A DNA stretch of 63,886 bases, filler included, from an uncultured bacterium (GTDB lineage: Bacteria > DAOPZR01), in assembly GCA_964637655.1 (NCBI GenBank). It is 3 parts of 3 records of this genome, joined end to end, with 100 filler letters (N's around TTAATTAATTAA, not from the genome) between each part and the next. Parts side by side here need not be neighbours in the genome. Positions count along the whole stretch, not along the records: positions 25,359 to 50,528 come from CAZWUZ010000020.1; 2 more parts are not named here. The stretch is one strand, 5' to 3'. Of the stretch, positions 29,573-38,434 are shown one piece after another. Position numbers and translations under genes: made by a program. Each line of letters opens with the position of its first letter. The stretch's first letter is position 1. The notes below the pieces were generated by a model. It saw only the letters and a list, made by a program, of their open reading frames with translations, was not told the origin of the DNA and made no database searches.

Positions 29573-31324
29573 GTGAAATTTGTCGGCAGCCAGATGGGCT
29601 ACTTCTTCTCGCGCGGGGAGACGCGGCGCAATTTCCGCGCGCTGCTCAAGTTCCTGCTGCTGCTCACCGCGCTGATCGTCCTCTTCACCGCGGGCTTCCA
29701 CGTCATCATGGAGCGCTGGGAGGGGCGCAGCTACTCGTGGCTCTCCGGTTTCTACTGGACGATGACGGTGATGAGCACGCTCGGGTTCGGCGACATCACC
29801 TTCCACAGCGACGTCGGGCGGCTGTTCAGCACCGTCGTGCTGCTCACCGGCATGCTGCTCATGCTCGTCCTGCTCCCCTTCATGTTCATCCGCTTCTTCT
29901 TCGCCCCGTGGTTCGAGGCGCAGGTCCGCGCCCGCGCGCCGCGCCGCCTGCGCGACGACGTCGCCGGGCACGTCATCATCTGCCGGCTCGACGACATCGT
30001 TCCCGGCCTCCTCCCCAAGCTGCACGACTGCCGCATCCCCTACGTCATCATCGAGCCCGACGCGCAGCAGGCGGCGACGCTGGCCGCGGACGGCTACGCG
30101 GTCATCACCGGCGACATCGACAGCCCGCACACCTATGCGGCGGCGCGCGTCCACCGCGCGCGCATGGTCATCGCCAATGCCAGCGACCCGGAAAACGCCA
30201 ATATCGCGCTGACCGTGCGCGAACTGACCCCGCGCACCGCCATCTGCGCGCTCGCCGCGCGCGACGCCTCGGTCGACATCCTCGAACTGAGCGGGGCCAC
30301 CCACGTGCTGCCGCTGCGGCGCCTGCTCGGCGAGCATCTTGTCAGCCGCATCAATGCCGGGCGCGTCGAGGCGCATGTCATCGGTCATTTCCACGACCTG
30401 GTCATCGCCGAGCTGCCGGTCCACGGCACCCCGCTGGCCGGCAGGACCCTCCGGGAGAGCGCCCTGCGCCAGACCTCCGGGCTGAGCGTGCTCGCGGTCT
30501 GGGAAAAGGGAACGCTCGTCCCGGCCCGCCCCGACACACCGCTCACCGACCAGAGCGTGCCGGTCATGCTCGGCACCCCGGCGCAGCTGGCCGCGCTCGA
30601 GGAACTGCTCGCCATCTACTGCTGGAGCGTCAACCCGGTGCTCATCGTCGGCGGCGGCACCGTCGGGCGGGCCGCGGCCGCCGCGCTCAAGCGGCGCGGG
30701 GTGGCGGTCAACATCATCGAGCAGGACCGGGACGCGGCCGCCGCGCTCGCCGGCCTCGTCGACCGGGTCATCACCGGCGACGCCGCCGACCGCGAGGTGA
30801 TCATGGGCGCCGGGCTGGCCGACGCGCCGTCGGTCGTGCTCACCACGCATGACGACGCGGTCAACATCTACCTTGCCCTTTATTGCCGCCGGCTCAATCC
30901 CGCGCTGCGCATCGTCAGCCGCGTCAACCACGAGCGCAACATCGCCTCGATGCACCGGGCCGGCGCCGATTTCGTCCTCAGTTATGCCTCGCTGGGGGCC
31001 ACGGCGCTGCTCTCCTATATCCGCCGCCGCGAACTGATGGTGCTCGGTGAGGGGTTGCACATCTTCGAACTGCCCGTGCCCGCCCCGCTGGCCGGGCAGG
31101 CGCTCGGGGAGAGCGACATCGGGTCGCGCACCGGGCTCACCGTGATGGCCATCAGCCGCGACGGGGACGTTATCACCCGTCTCGACCGCGACTTCGTGTT
31201 CCGTGCCGGTGACGCGTTGCTGCTCTTCGGCAGCGACGAGCAGCTGCGCGAGTTCACCCGCCTTTACGCGGCTGACGCGAAACCGGGCAACGGGCGGGCC
31301 GAACGCCGGCGCACGCCGCGCTGA
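29573..31324 (+). CDS. Potassium channel protein with tandem TrkA-N/TrkA-C (RCK) domains
   Basis: STLGFGD selectivity filter; IVGGGTVG Rossmann motif. Confidence 0.9.
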   Translation: MKFVGSQMGYFFSRGETRRNFRALLKFLLLLTALIVLFTAGFHVIMERWEGRSYSWLSGFYWTMTVMSTLGFGDITFHSDVGRLFSTVVLLTGMLLMLVLLPFMFIRFFFAPWFEAQVRARAPRRLRDDVAGHVIICRLDDIVPGLLPKLHDCRIPYVIIEPDAQQAATLAADGYAVITGDIDSPHTYAAARVHRARMVIANASDPENANIALTVRELTPRTAICALAARDASVDILELSGATHVLPLRRLLGEHLVSRINAGRVEAHVIGHFHDLVIAELPVHGTPLAGRTLRESALRQTSGLSVLAVWEKGTLVPARPDTPLTDQSVPVMLGTPAQLAALEELLAIYCWSVNPVLIVGGGTVGRAAAAALKRRGVAVNIIEQDRDAAAALAGLVDRVITGDAADREVIMGAGLADAPSVVLTTHDDAVNIYLALYCRRLNPALRIVSRVNHERNIASMHRAGADFVLSYASLGATALLSYIRRRELMVLGEGLHIFELPVPAPLAGQALGESDIGSRTGLTVMAISRDGDVITRLDRDFVFRAGDALLLFGSDEQLREFTRLYAADAKPGNGRAERRRTPR

Positions 31325-31330
31325 CTGCGT

Positions 31331-31819
31331 TCAGGGCGTGCCGTAGATGCGCTCGATCGGCTCCGCCCACGGATCGATGATATCGGTCCCCAGCGCGTAA
31401 ACCTGCCACCCGCCGTTCACCTTGCGCGCCACGAACTGCCCGCCCGGGCGCTCCGGGTCGACGCTGCCGTCGCGCCGCACCGGCGTGTAGTTGCCGATGG
31501 CGCGGTTGCCGCGCACTTCCACTCCGTCCACCTGATAGGGCGCCTCGGCCTGGTTGCCATAGCGGTACATCGCTTCGCCGGCCAGCACGAAATCGTCATC
31601 AGCGACACCGCCGCCGACAGACGCTTCTCCCTCCGGCTTGGGCGGCATGCCGGGCACGTCCGGCATACCGGGCATCGGCACGGGTACCGGGCCTGCCGGG
31701 GCTTGCGGTGTTGCGTACAGGTAGTAGGCCGCTGCCCCCAGTCCCGCACAAACCAGCAGCAGTACCAGCACGCCGGCCGCGATACCGGCAATCACGCATC
31801 CGCGATTCGTTTCAGCCAT
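31331..31819 (-). CDS. Hypothetical membrane-anchored protein
   Basis: N-terminal TM helix, Pro-rich linker, GGAGG RBS, upstream TTGACA-17-TATACC (31855-31883). Confidence 0.65.
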   Translation of the reverse strand: MAETNRGCVIAGIAAGVLVLLLVCAGLGAAAYYLYATPQAPAGPVPVPMPGMPDVPGMPPKPEGEASVGGGVADDDFVLAGEAMYRYGNQAEAPYQVDGVEVRGNRAIGNYTPVRRDGSVDPERPGGQFVARKVNGGWQVYALGTDIIDPWAEPIERIYGTP

Positions 31820-31912
31820 GCGTCTGCCTCCTGTGGCGCTATCCGCCTGTACGTGGTATAGCACCGCTCCCCTCGCCTGTCAAAACCATCCGTCGGAAGC
31901 ATCATCCATGTT

Positions 31913-32107
31913 TCTCCCGCGGGGAGAGGGTCAGGGTGAGGGATTCGTGCCGTGCCGGCACAGGTTTATCATCTCGTTTGCCATGTTCATGTGCCGCGCC
32001 GGAGGCGTCACTCCCGTCGTTATCGGGCACGCTGTTTCAGCGCCGGTCAGCAGCGTACCGTTTCCCGTTGGGGATGTCACTCCCGGGGTCAGTAATCGGG
32101 AGTCCAG
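31913..32107. repeat. Cluster of REP-like palindromes
   Basis: tctcccgcggggagagggtcagggtgaggg (31913-31942; related copy at 57131-57213) and gtcactcccg..tcgggagtccag (32076-32107; partial copy near 32007). Confidence 0.7.
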
Positions 32108-32176
32108 CCGTTGCCGGCGCGCATGACCGCTGCGTGAGCGTATGCTACCATGCCCGCATCCCGTCAGGAGGTCCGC

Positions 32177-32539
32177 ATGGCTGTCGACGACAAACCGCTG
32201 CTCCGTCCGCACCTGGTTATCCGCGAGGAGAGCGATGCCTGCGCGCTGCTGCATGACCCTGACCGCCGGCTCAGTTTCGTCCTCAATCCTGTCGGTCTCT
32301 GCCTCTGCCGCGCGCTCAACGGGAAGCGCACCCCGGCCGAGCTCGCCGCCGTCGTCCGCCGCACCTTCCGCACCGTCCCCGCCATCCTCGACGATGACCT
32401 CCGTTTCTTTCTCGACCAGCTGCTGCTGCATAACCTTGCCACCGGCGGCCGGCCGCGCTACCTGCGCCGCCGGGGCCGGCGCCTCGTCCTGACCGCGGCC
32501 GGGCGTGCCGCACAGCAGCGCGCCCGCGCAAACGCATGA
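32177..32539 (+). CDS. scmD: PqqD-family RiPP recognition element (SynChlorMet ScmD-like)
   Basis: VIREE.D..ALL.DPD...LNPVG...LNGKRT pattern; AGGAGG RBS; coupled to a radical SAM gene. Confidence 0.8.
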   Translation: MAVDDKPLLRPHLVIREESDACALLHDPDRRLSFVLNPVGLCLCRALNGKRTPAELAAVVRRTFRTVPAILDDDLRFFLDQLLLHNLATGGRPRYLRRRGRRLVLTAAGRAAQQRARANA

Positions 32540-33684
32540 CCCGACGCGCTGTCCGGCACCGGCCCGTCGCCACCGGCACCGGCCGGCACCGGCGCGCGTG
32601 GCCGCTGCGCCAGGTCTACTGCTACCTGACCGCCGGCTGCAACCTGCGCTGCCGCCACTGCTGGCTCGCCCCCGTGCACGAACCTGACCCGGCGGCCCTG
32701 CAGCAGCCCGTGCTCGACCTCACTCTCTGCAACGATGTCATCCGCCAGGCAATACCGCTCGGCTGCACCACCGTCAAACTCACCGGCGGCGAGCCGCTCA
32801 TGCATCCACACATCGGCCGTATCCTCGCCACGCTCCGCCGCGAACAGCTGGCGCTGACGCTGGAGACCAACGGCACGCTACTCGATGCCCCGCTTGCCCG
32901 CGCCATCGCGCGCTGCCGGACGCCGCATGTCGCGATCAGCATCGATGCGAGCGACGCGCGCACCCACGACCGGGTGCGCGGCGTGCCGGGCAGTTTCGCC
33001 CGCGCCCGCGCCGGCCTCCGCCATCTCGTCGCTGCCGGTATCCGCCCGCAGCTCATCTGCTCCGTGCTGCGCTGCACGCGGTCGCATCTCGCACGCATCG
33101 TGCGCTGGGCGGAGCGCCACGGGGTCGGGTCGGTGAAGTTCAACGTTATTCAGCCGGCGGAACGCGGGCGCGCGCTGCACACGGCCGGAGCCGTGCCCGG
33201 CATCCGCGCGCTCGTCGCCACCGGTGCGTGGATGGAGCAGCACCTCATCCCGCAATCGCGCATTCCCGTCTTCTTTCATCACCCCGCCGCCTTCCGCCCG
33301 CTCGGGCGCATGTTCAACGACGGCGGCAATTGCAGCACCTGCGGCATTCACAGCATTATCGGGGTGCTCAGCAGCGGCCACTACGCGCTCTGCGGGGTCG
33401 GCGCCACGGTGCCGGATCTCATCTTCGGCGATGCGCGCACGCAATCGCTGCGCACGGTATGGCGGCAGCATCCCGTGCTCAACCGCCTGCGCCGCGACCT
33501 CCCCGCGAAACTCGAGGGCATCTGCGCCCGCTGCGTCATGCGTGTGGTCTGTCTCGGCAGCTGCGTCGCGCAGAACTACTACACCACCCGCTCCCTCTTC
33601 GCCCCCTTCTGGTACTGCGACGCGGCCGCCGCGGCGGGGCTCTTCCCCGCAAGCCGTCTCCTGCCGGCGGCGAAACCGCGATGA
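32536..33684 (+). CDS. scmF: Radical SAM/SPASM peptide maturase (ScmF-like)
   Basis: YLTAGCNLRCRHCWLAP; GGEP; SPASM cysteines CSTCGI..LC..CARC....CLGSC..YC. Confidence 0.82.
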   Translation: MTRRAVRHRPVATGTGRHRRAWPLRQVYCYLTAGCNLRCRHCWLAPVHEPDPAALQQPVLDLTLCNDVIRQAIPLGCTTVKLTGGEPLMHPHIGRILATLRREQLALTLETNGTLLDAPLARAIARCRTPHVAISIDASDARTHDRVRGVPGSFARARAGLRHLVAAGIRPQLICSVLRCTRSHLARIVRWAERHGVGSVKFNVIQPAERGRALHTAGAVPGIRALVATGAWMEQHLIPQSRIPVFFHHPAAFRPLGRMFNDGGNCSTCGIHSIIGVLSSGHYALCGVGATVPDLIFGDARTQSLRTVWRQHPVLNRLRRDLPAKLEGICARCVMRVVCLGSCVAQNYYTTRSLFAPFWYCDAAAAAGLFPASRLLPAAKPR

Positions 33685-34868
33685 ACACCGTCATGCGCAC
33701 GCCACGCACTGTCGATATCGCCCTCACCGGCAGATGCAACCTGCGTTGCCGCTACTGCAGCCACTTTTCCAGCGCCGGCGAGGTGCGCGACCTCCCTGTC
33801 CGCTCGTGGCTCGCCTTCTGCCGTGAACTGAAAGAGAACGCCGTGCTCAGCGCCTGTCTGCAGGGCGGCGAACCGCTGCTCTACCCGGGTTTCCGCGCCG
33901 TCGTCCGCGGGCTGGTCGACGCCAATATGCGCTTTTCCGTGCTTTCCAACGGGACGCTCATCACCGACCCGCTCGCGCGATTTCTTTCCGGAACCGGGCG
34001 CTGCGATTACGTGCAGGTCTCGCTCGATGCCGCCGCGCCTGCCGGACATGACTTCGCGCGCGGCAGGGGTAGTTTCGCCCGCGCGCTGCGCGGGTATGCC
34101 CGCCTGCGCGGGCAGGGGGTCAGCGTCACCGTGCGGGTCACCATCCACCGCGGCAACGTGCACCAGCTGCCGGAGATCGCGCGCTTTTTGCTTGAAGATT
34201 TGGGGCTTGACAGTTTCGGCACCAACAGCGCCAGCCATCTCGGGCTCTGCCGCAGCAACGCGGCAATGGTGCAGTTGACCGCAACTGAGCGGTCGCTGGC
34301 CATGCGCCTCCTCCTCGACCTCGACCGGCAGTATCCCGGGCGCATCAGCGCGCAGGCGGGTCCGCTTGCCGAAGCGCGACGCTGGCAGCAGGTGCAGCTG
34401 GCGCAGGCGCGCGGGGAACGTTCGCTCCCCGGCGGTGGCTTTCTCACCGGCTGCGGCGGGATGTGGGAAAAGATCGCGGTGCGCGCCGACGGCATGCTCG
34501 TTCCCTGCCTGATGCTCCCCCACCTCGAACTGGGGCGCATCAACCGCGTGTCGTTGCGCGAGGTCTGGCAGCAGCATCCCGTCTACCGCGCGCTGCGCCG
34601 CCGCCACCGTATCCCGCTGACAAAGTTCCGTGCATGCCGCACCTGCACCTGGCGCAATTTCTGCACCGGCAACTGCCCGGGCATCGCTGCGACCATGCTC
34701 GGCGCTGTCGACCGTCCCAGTCCCGACGCCTGTCTGCAGCGCTTTCTTGCCGACGGTGGCGAACTGCCGGTGCTGCCGCCGGCGACACGCACCCGTCGTG
34801 GACCTGATGCATCATCCCCGAAATGTATTGTCGGGGATCCAGTAATTCGTCATCCCCGAGTTTCGTAA
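33681..34868 (+). CDS. scmE: Radical SAM/SPASM peptide maturase (ScmE-like)
   Basis: MRTPRTVDIALTGRCNLRCRYCSHF; GCGG..PC..CRTC....CTGNCP..DAC; ATG 33681 overlaps the upstream stop. Confidence 0.82.
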   Translation: MNTVMRTPRTVDIALTGRCNLRCRYCSHFSSAGEVRDLPVRSWLAFCRELKENAVLSACLQGGEPLLYPGFRAVVRGLVDANMRFSVLSNGTLITDPLARFLSGTGRCDYVQVSLDAAAPAGHDFARGRGSFARALRGYARLRGQGVSVTVRVTIHRGNVHQLPEIARFLLEDLGLDSFGTNSASHLGLCRSNAAMVQLTATERSLAMRLLLDLDRQYPGRISAQAGPLAEARRWQQVQLAQARGERSLPGGGFLTGCGGMWEKIAVRADGMLVPCLMLPHLELGRINRVSLREVWQQHPVYRALRRRHRIPLTKFRACRTCTWRNFCTGNCPGIAATMLGAVDRPSPDACLQRFLADGGELPVLPPATRTRRGPDASSPKCIVGDPVIRHPRVS

Positions 34869-34880
34869 TCGGGGATCCAG
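34811..34880. repeat. Two tandem REP-like palindromes
   Basis: tcatccccga-N8-9-tcggggatccag at 34811-34842 and 34849-34880. Confidence 0.75.
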
Positions 34881-34902
34881 ATAACATGCCCCGGAGGAAA
34901 CA

Positions 34903-35175
34903 ATGACCAGAGAGAACAGGAGCGGTAAACCGGAGTAGCAGGCCCCGAAACTCGCGGCGCTTAACGATGGTGAACTTGCCCGTGTTTCCGGCGGTACCGT
35001 AACCGGGGATTGCAAAATCGGCATGAGTCCCGGCGGCATCTGTCAGGCAGGCCAGTACCCGGCTGTCCCGCCGGGCCCCTGCGCCAGCGGCGGTACCGCT
35101 GCCCAGGGCATCTGTACCAGCGGCGGGCGGCCGGAACTCGGTTGTTCGACCGGCAGCCAGCCGAATTTTTCCTGA
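34903..35175 (+). pseudogene. Cys/Gly-rich RiPP precursor (five CxxG) with in-frame TAG at codon 12; disrupted or read through
   Basis: Hand translation MTRENRSGKPE*QAPKLAALNDGELARVSGG-TVTGDCKIGMSPGGICQAGQYPAVPPGPCASGGTAAQGICTSGGRPELGCSTGSQPNFS; GGAGG RBS at 34893-34897. Confidence 0.8.
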
Positions 35176-35196
35176 CGCACCGCCAGGCCGGCAGGT

Positions 35197-35457
35197 TCAG
35201 CGCAGCGCGAGTATCTGGTACCCGTGCTGCGCGACCGCTGCCGCGTCCCAGAATTGCACATCCTTCGTCTTCAGCACGTAGGTGATCTCCTTCGTGATGC
35301 TCCGGCCGGTGTACGCCTGCTTTTCCTGGTCCCATTCGCGCAGCAGCAGCGTGTCACCCGCAGCGCAGGCGAAATCCGCCAGCCGCAGCTCGAAGTTCTT
35401 CTCCCCCGAAAGTATTTTTTCGAAGTAGCACGACAACACCTTCTTTTCTATCTGCAT
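35197..35457 (-). CDS. DUF3850 / ASCH-like small protein
   Basis: YFEKILSGEKNFELR..GDTLLLREWD..YTGR pattern; GGAGG RBS. Confidence 0.8.
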   Translation of the reverse strand: MQIEKKVLSCYFEKILSGEKNFELRLADFACAAGDTLLLREWDQEKQAYTGRSITKEITYVLKTKDVQFWDAAAVAQHGYQILALR

Positions 35458-35534
35458 GCTGATCCTCCGGCACTCCCTTGCGGGTGCGCGTCGTTGCCTG
35501 CCCCGCCCCCTCACTGCGCTGGTGTCGATACCGC

Positions 35535-36941
35535 TCAGAAATCGAGCGGGCAGGGTCGTGGGGGAATGATATCATGCTCCGCGAGAAACACACGGTCGTC
35601 GGCGCTGAGCCCGCTGCTGACCACCGCCGCCATTTCAAATTCCCGGCAACGCAGGCGGCAGATATCCGCTGACGGGACAAAGGGCGAGCCGCTGGCGCTG
35701 ACGTTCTCATACTTGCAGCCGCCGGCGCAGTGATAACGGGCGAAACACGCGGCGCAGGCGGGAACAAACGTTGCCGGACTTCTGCCATACTGTTCCCGCG
35801 CAAGTTCACCGTCGAAAACATTTCCCAGTTTATACCCGTCCTGCCCGACAAAACGATGGCACAGGTAGACGTCACCGGTGCAGGAGACCCCGACCATTTC
35901 CCGCCCCGCGCCGCAGGCGTGGTACTGCCGCTTCTGCTGCACCAGGGCGGTCACCGCGGTGCGCAGCAACCCGGTGGCCTTGAGTTTCCTGAGGGCATCG
36001 CTGTCCCGGTTCCTGATGAGCGTCCCCCAGAGCGCGGCCTCTTCGGCAAAATGCCTGAAGAGTGCCGTCATGTCCCGCGGGGGCAGGGCGGTGCCCGCGC
36101 CGGGGTGCAGCGGAACCGAGGACGGGACGATGGTGATCGCTCTGAACCCGATATCCTGCATGGCCTCCCTGATGCGACGCGGATCGTTCGTCCCGGTCAA
36201 AACCGCGTGACCGCCCGTCTCCGGCAGTACCGTCAGCAGTTTCCGCAGTCCCGGCACGATCGCTGCATACGAACCGCTGCCGTCAGCAAACGGGCGCTGT
36301 GCATCCTGCACGTCACGCGGGCCGTCAAAACTCACCGTCACCCTGACCGCATGCTCCGCGAGGAACGCGATGCTGTCGTCGCTCAGCAGGGTCCCGTTCG
36401 TGGTTGCGTGGAATTCGATTTCCTTGCCCGTCTCCCGCGCTCTCCGGGTGGCATAGGCAACCACCGTGCGCAGCAGGGGGAAATTCAGGAACGGTTCACC
36501 GCCGAAGAACCCGAGGCGGATTCTTTTCATCCTGCCGGACTGTTCAATCAGCCAGTCCACCGTACGCCGGGCGGTCTGTTCTGTCATGACGCCGCCGGTT
36601 CCGTACCCGCCGCCGTCACCGTAGCAGTACACGCAGCACAGGTTGCACGACTGCGTCAGAAACAGCGCGACATTTGTCACCGGGGGGGCCGGCACTTGTT
36701 TCCCTGCCGCAGCCTGCGCCGGTGCTGCCTCGGCCAGCAGGCCTAGTCGGGCAAGTTGTCCGGTCCGGCTGGCATCTAGCGTGATGCCGGGTTCATCGGC
36801 CAGCCGCGCCAGCAACCGGGCGAGATCATCATCGATGACCGCGGCCCGCATATCACCGATGTTGATAACGTAGTTCCGGTCGTCATGCCGGAACTGATGC
36901 CAGGGTTTGCGGTGCACGCTACCGGTCCCGCCCCGCGACAT
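35535..36941 (-). CDS. Radical SAM/SPASM maturase with probable N-terminal RRE (Nif11-peptide associated, CteB/PapB-like)
   Basis: CNLCCVYC; FFGGEP; TTNG; CGAG..VYLCHRF..CAACFARYHCAGGC..C; lies directly downstream of the Nif11 precursor. Confidence 0.88.
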   Translation of the reverse strand: MSRGGTGSVHRKPWHQFRHDDRNYVINIGDMRAAVIDDDLARLLARLADEPGITLDASRTGQLARLGLLAEAAPAQAAAGKQVPAPPVTNVALFLTQSCNLCCVYCYGDGGGYGTGGVMTEQTARRTVDWLIEQSGRMKRIRLGFFGGEPFLNFPLLRTVVAYATRRARETGKEIEFHATTNGTLLSDDSIAFLAEHAVRVTVSFDGPRDVQDAQRPFADGSGSYAAIVPGLRKLLTVLPETGGHAVLTGTNDPRRIREAMQDIGFRAITIVPSSVPLHPGAGTALPPRDMTALFRHFAEEAALWGTLIRNRDSDALRKLKATGLLRTAVTALVQQKRQYHACGAGREMVGVSCTGDVYLCHRFVGQDGYKLGNVFDGELAREQYGRSPATFVPACAACFARYHCAGGCKYENVSASGSPFVPSADICRLRCREFEMAAVVSSGLSADDRVFLAEHDIIPPRPCPLDF

Positions 36942-36955
36942 GCATTGCTGGCCGG

Positions 36956-37213
36956 TCAGTAATTCATGCTGTGGCATTCCCCGAAGTCGAGCAGGCCGCA
37001 ACAGGGTATGGTAAAACCGCCGGCGATCTTTTCCAGTTCCTCCTCCGGCAGTTGTGCGCGCAGTTGCCTGACTTCCTCCGGGGTAAAATCGAAACCCTCC
37101 GCTTTGGCCATGGCCAGACGTTCCGCCTCGTTGGTGCAGGCCCCGACTTTCTTCGTGAAAGTTTCATCCGTCTTCAATCGCTCGATAAACGCCTTTGCCG
37201 ATTCGATGCTCAT
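36956..37213 (-). CDS. Nif11-like leader RiPP precursor, core FTIPCCGLLDFGECHSMNY
   Basis: MSIESAKAFIERLKTD...AKAEGFDFT.EE...EEELEKIAGG leader; AGGAGG RBS. Confidence 0.92.
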   Translation of the reverse strand: MSIESAKAFIERLKTDETFTKKVGACTNEAERLAMAKAEGFDFTPEEVRQLRAQLPEEELEKIAGGFTIPCCGLLDFGECHSMNY

Positions 37214-37495
37214 GGCATCCTCCTGGGTGCAGCTCTCCACCGTTTGTCCGCTCTGCACCGCACCTGCTCAGTGCATTGCTCATCGCCATCGTATCACCTG
37301 CAACCACCGCCGTCAAAGAAAACAGCCATCAGGGTCGTGTGAACGTTCCCGGGTACAGTGAACAACGCGCCCCGCACAGAAACATACACCGGCAGCGGCA
37401 TACAGTGCCGGTGCTGCCGGCCGCTCTGACGGGGGGATTCCGCGCTCATGCCTTCATCTTGACCGCATACCTACGTCAATATACAGTGCCTGATT

Positions 37496-38434
37496 ATGCT
37501 GACACCGCCTGACAGCTCCGTCCCGGCCGCGGTCGCGCCCGCGCCGGAACGCTTCACCTACCAGCACCTCAGGCCGGACGAACTCGAGCCGTTCCGCGCC
37601 TTCACCTACACCGCCTTCATCGAGGCAGCGGGAAAAAAACCGGATGCCGTTGTTGCGATCGGCGCCTTCCTCTATGGCCTGTTCCCGGCCGGGCTCGCGC
37701 TCGGGACGGTGCGCGCCCGCAAGCAGACACTCGTCGGCGAAATCCTTTCCCTGTGCGTTTCGCCCGACTGCCGCGCCGCGGGGGTCGAACGTGAACTTTT
37801 AGCACTGGTCGAGGTGGCCTTTCGCGCACGCGCCTGCAGTAAACTGCTATTCGTTTACGCCGTTGAAACGCACGGCCACCTCGCCGCTGTCCTTACCGCC
37901 GGCGGCTGGACCCCGCCCGCGCCGCGCTTCGCCCTGCATACCATGTCGCTCGACCGCATGCTCACGGGCAATCCGCTCCTCACGCGCGATATCCTGCCGG
38001 CCGGGTTTACCTATTTCCCGCTGGCTGAACTCGACGCCAATGATAGTGATGGCTTCATGGCCGGACCTGGCGCCGACGAGCGGCCGTCCGAGGTGTTTTT
38101 CAATCCGTACCGGTCGCTGGCAACACTTGAACCGGCAGTCAGCGTTGGCGCGCGTTGCGGAAATGAGCTTGCCGGCTGGGTCATCGCCACCCGGTCCCGG
38201 CCCGACCTTATCGCTTACACCGGCCTGTTCGTCCGCCGCCCGTGGCGCCACACCCCGCTCGCCGCCGCCCTCATGGGCGAGGCGCTGCGCCGCCAGCAGC
38301 AGGCCGGAGTGCCGCGGCTCTCCTGTATGATCCGCCATGATACTACGGCGATGCAAACCATGTTCCGCCGCCGGTTCGCCCATTCCGTCCTGACCACCCG
38401 CCACAGCGTGTGTTCAGAAAAAGATTGCTCGTAG
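37496..38434 (+). CDS. Tandem GNAT-fold acyltransferase
   Basis: EILSLCVSPDCRAAGV and YTGLFVRRPWRHT motif-A-like segments. Confidence 0.75.
   Translation: MLTPPDSSVPAAVAPAPERFTYQHLRPDELEPFRAFTYTAFIEAAGKKPDAVVAIGAFLYGLFPAGLALGTVRARKQTLVGEILSLCVSPDCRAAGVERELLALVEVAFRARACSKLLFVYAVETHGHLAAVLTAGGWTPPAPRFALHTMSLDRMLTGNPLLTRDILPAGFTYFPLAELDANDSDGFMAGPGADERPSEVFFNPYRSLATLEPAVSVGARCGNELAGWVIATRSRPDLIAYTGLFVRRPWRHTPLAAALMGEALRRQQQAGVPRLSCMIRHDTTAMQTMFRRRFAHSVLTTRHSVCSEKDCS

Noticed and set aside
33228-33680. N-terminal extensions in the ORF track (33228 for ScmE-like, 44871 for the HEPN-like gene, 48935 for STAS, 20153 for GT9)
   Set aside because: They overlap real genes; downstream ATGs with coupling, RBS or promoter support fit better.
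34811-34880. Two tandem palindromic repeats as a possible mini-CRISPR
   Set aside because: Only 6 nt between copies, variable loops, dispersed copies elsewhere and no cas genes; REP-like instead.
22229-35175. Alternative genetic code to explain the in-frame TGA and TAG
   Set aside because: Many well-conserved genes here end at TGA (typA, cheB, cheR) or TAG (cheA, glyS, lolA) at their expected C-termini.
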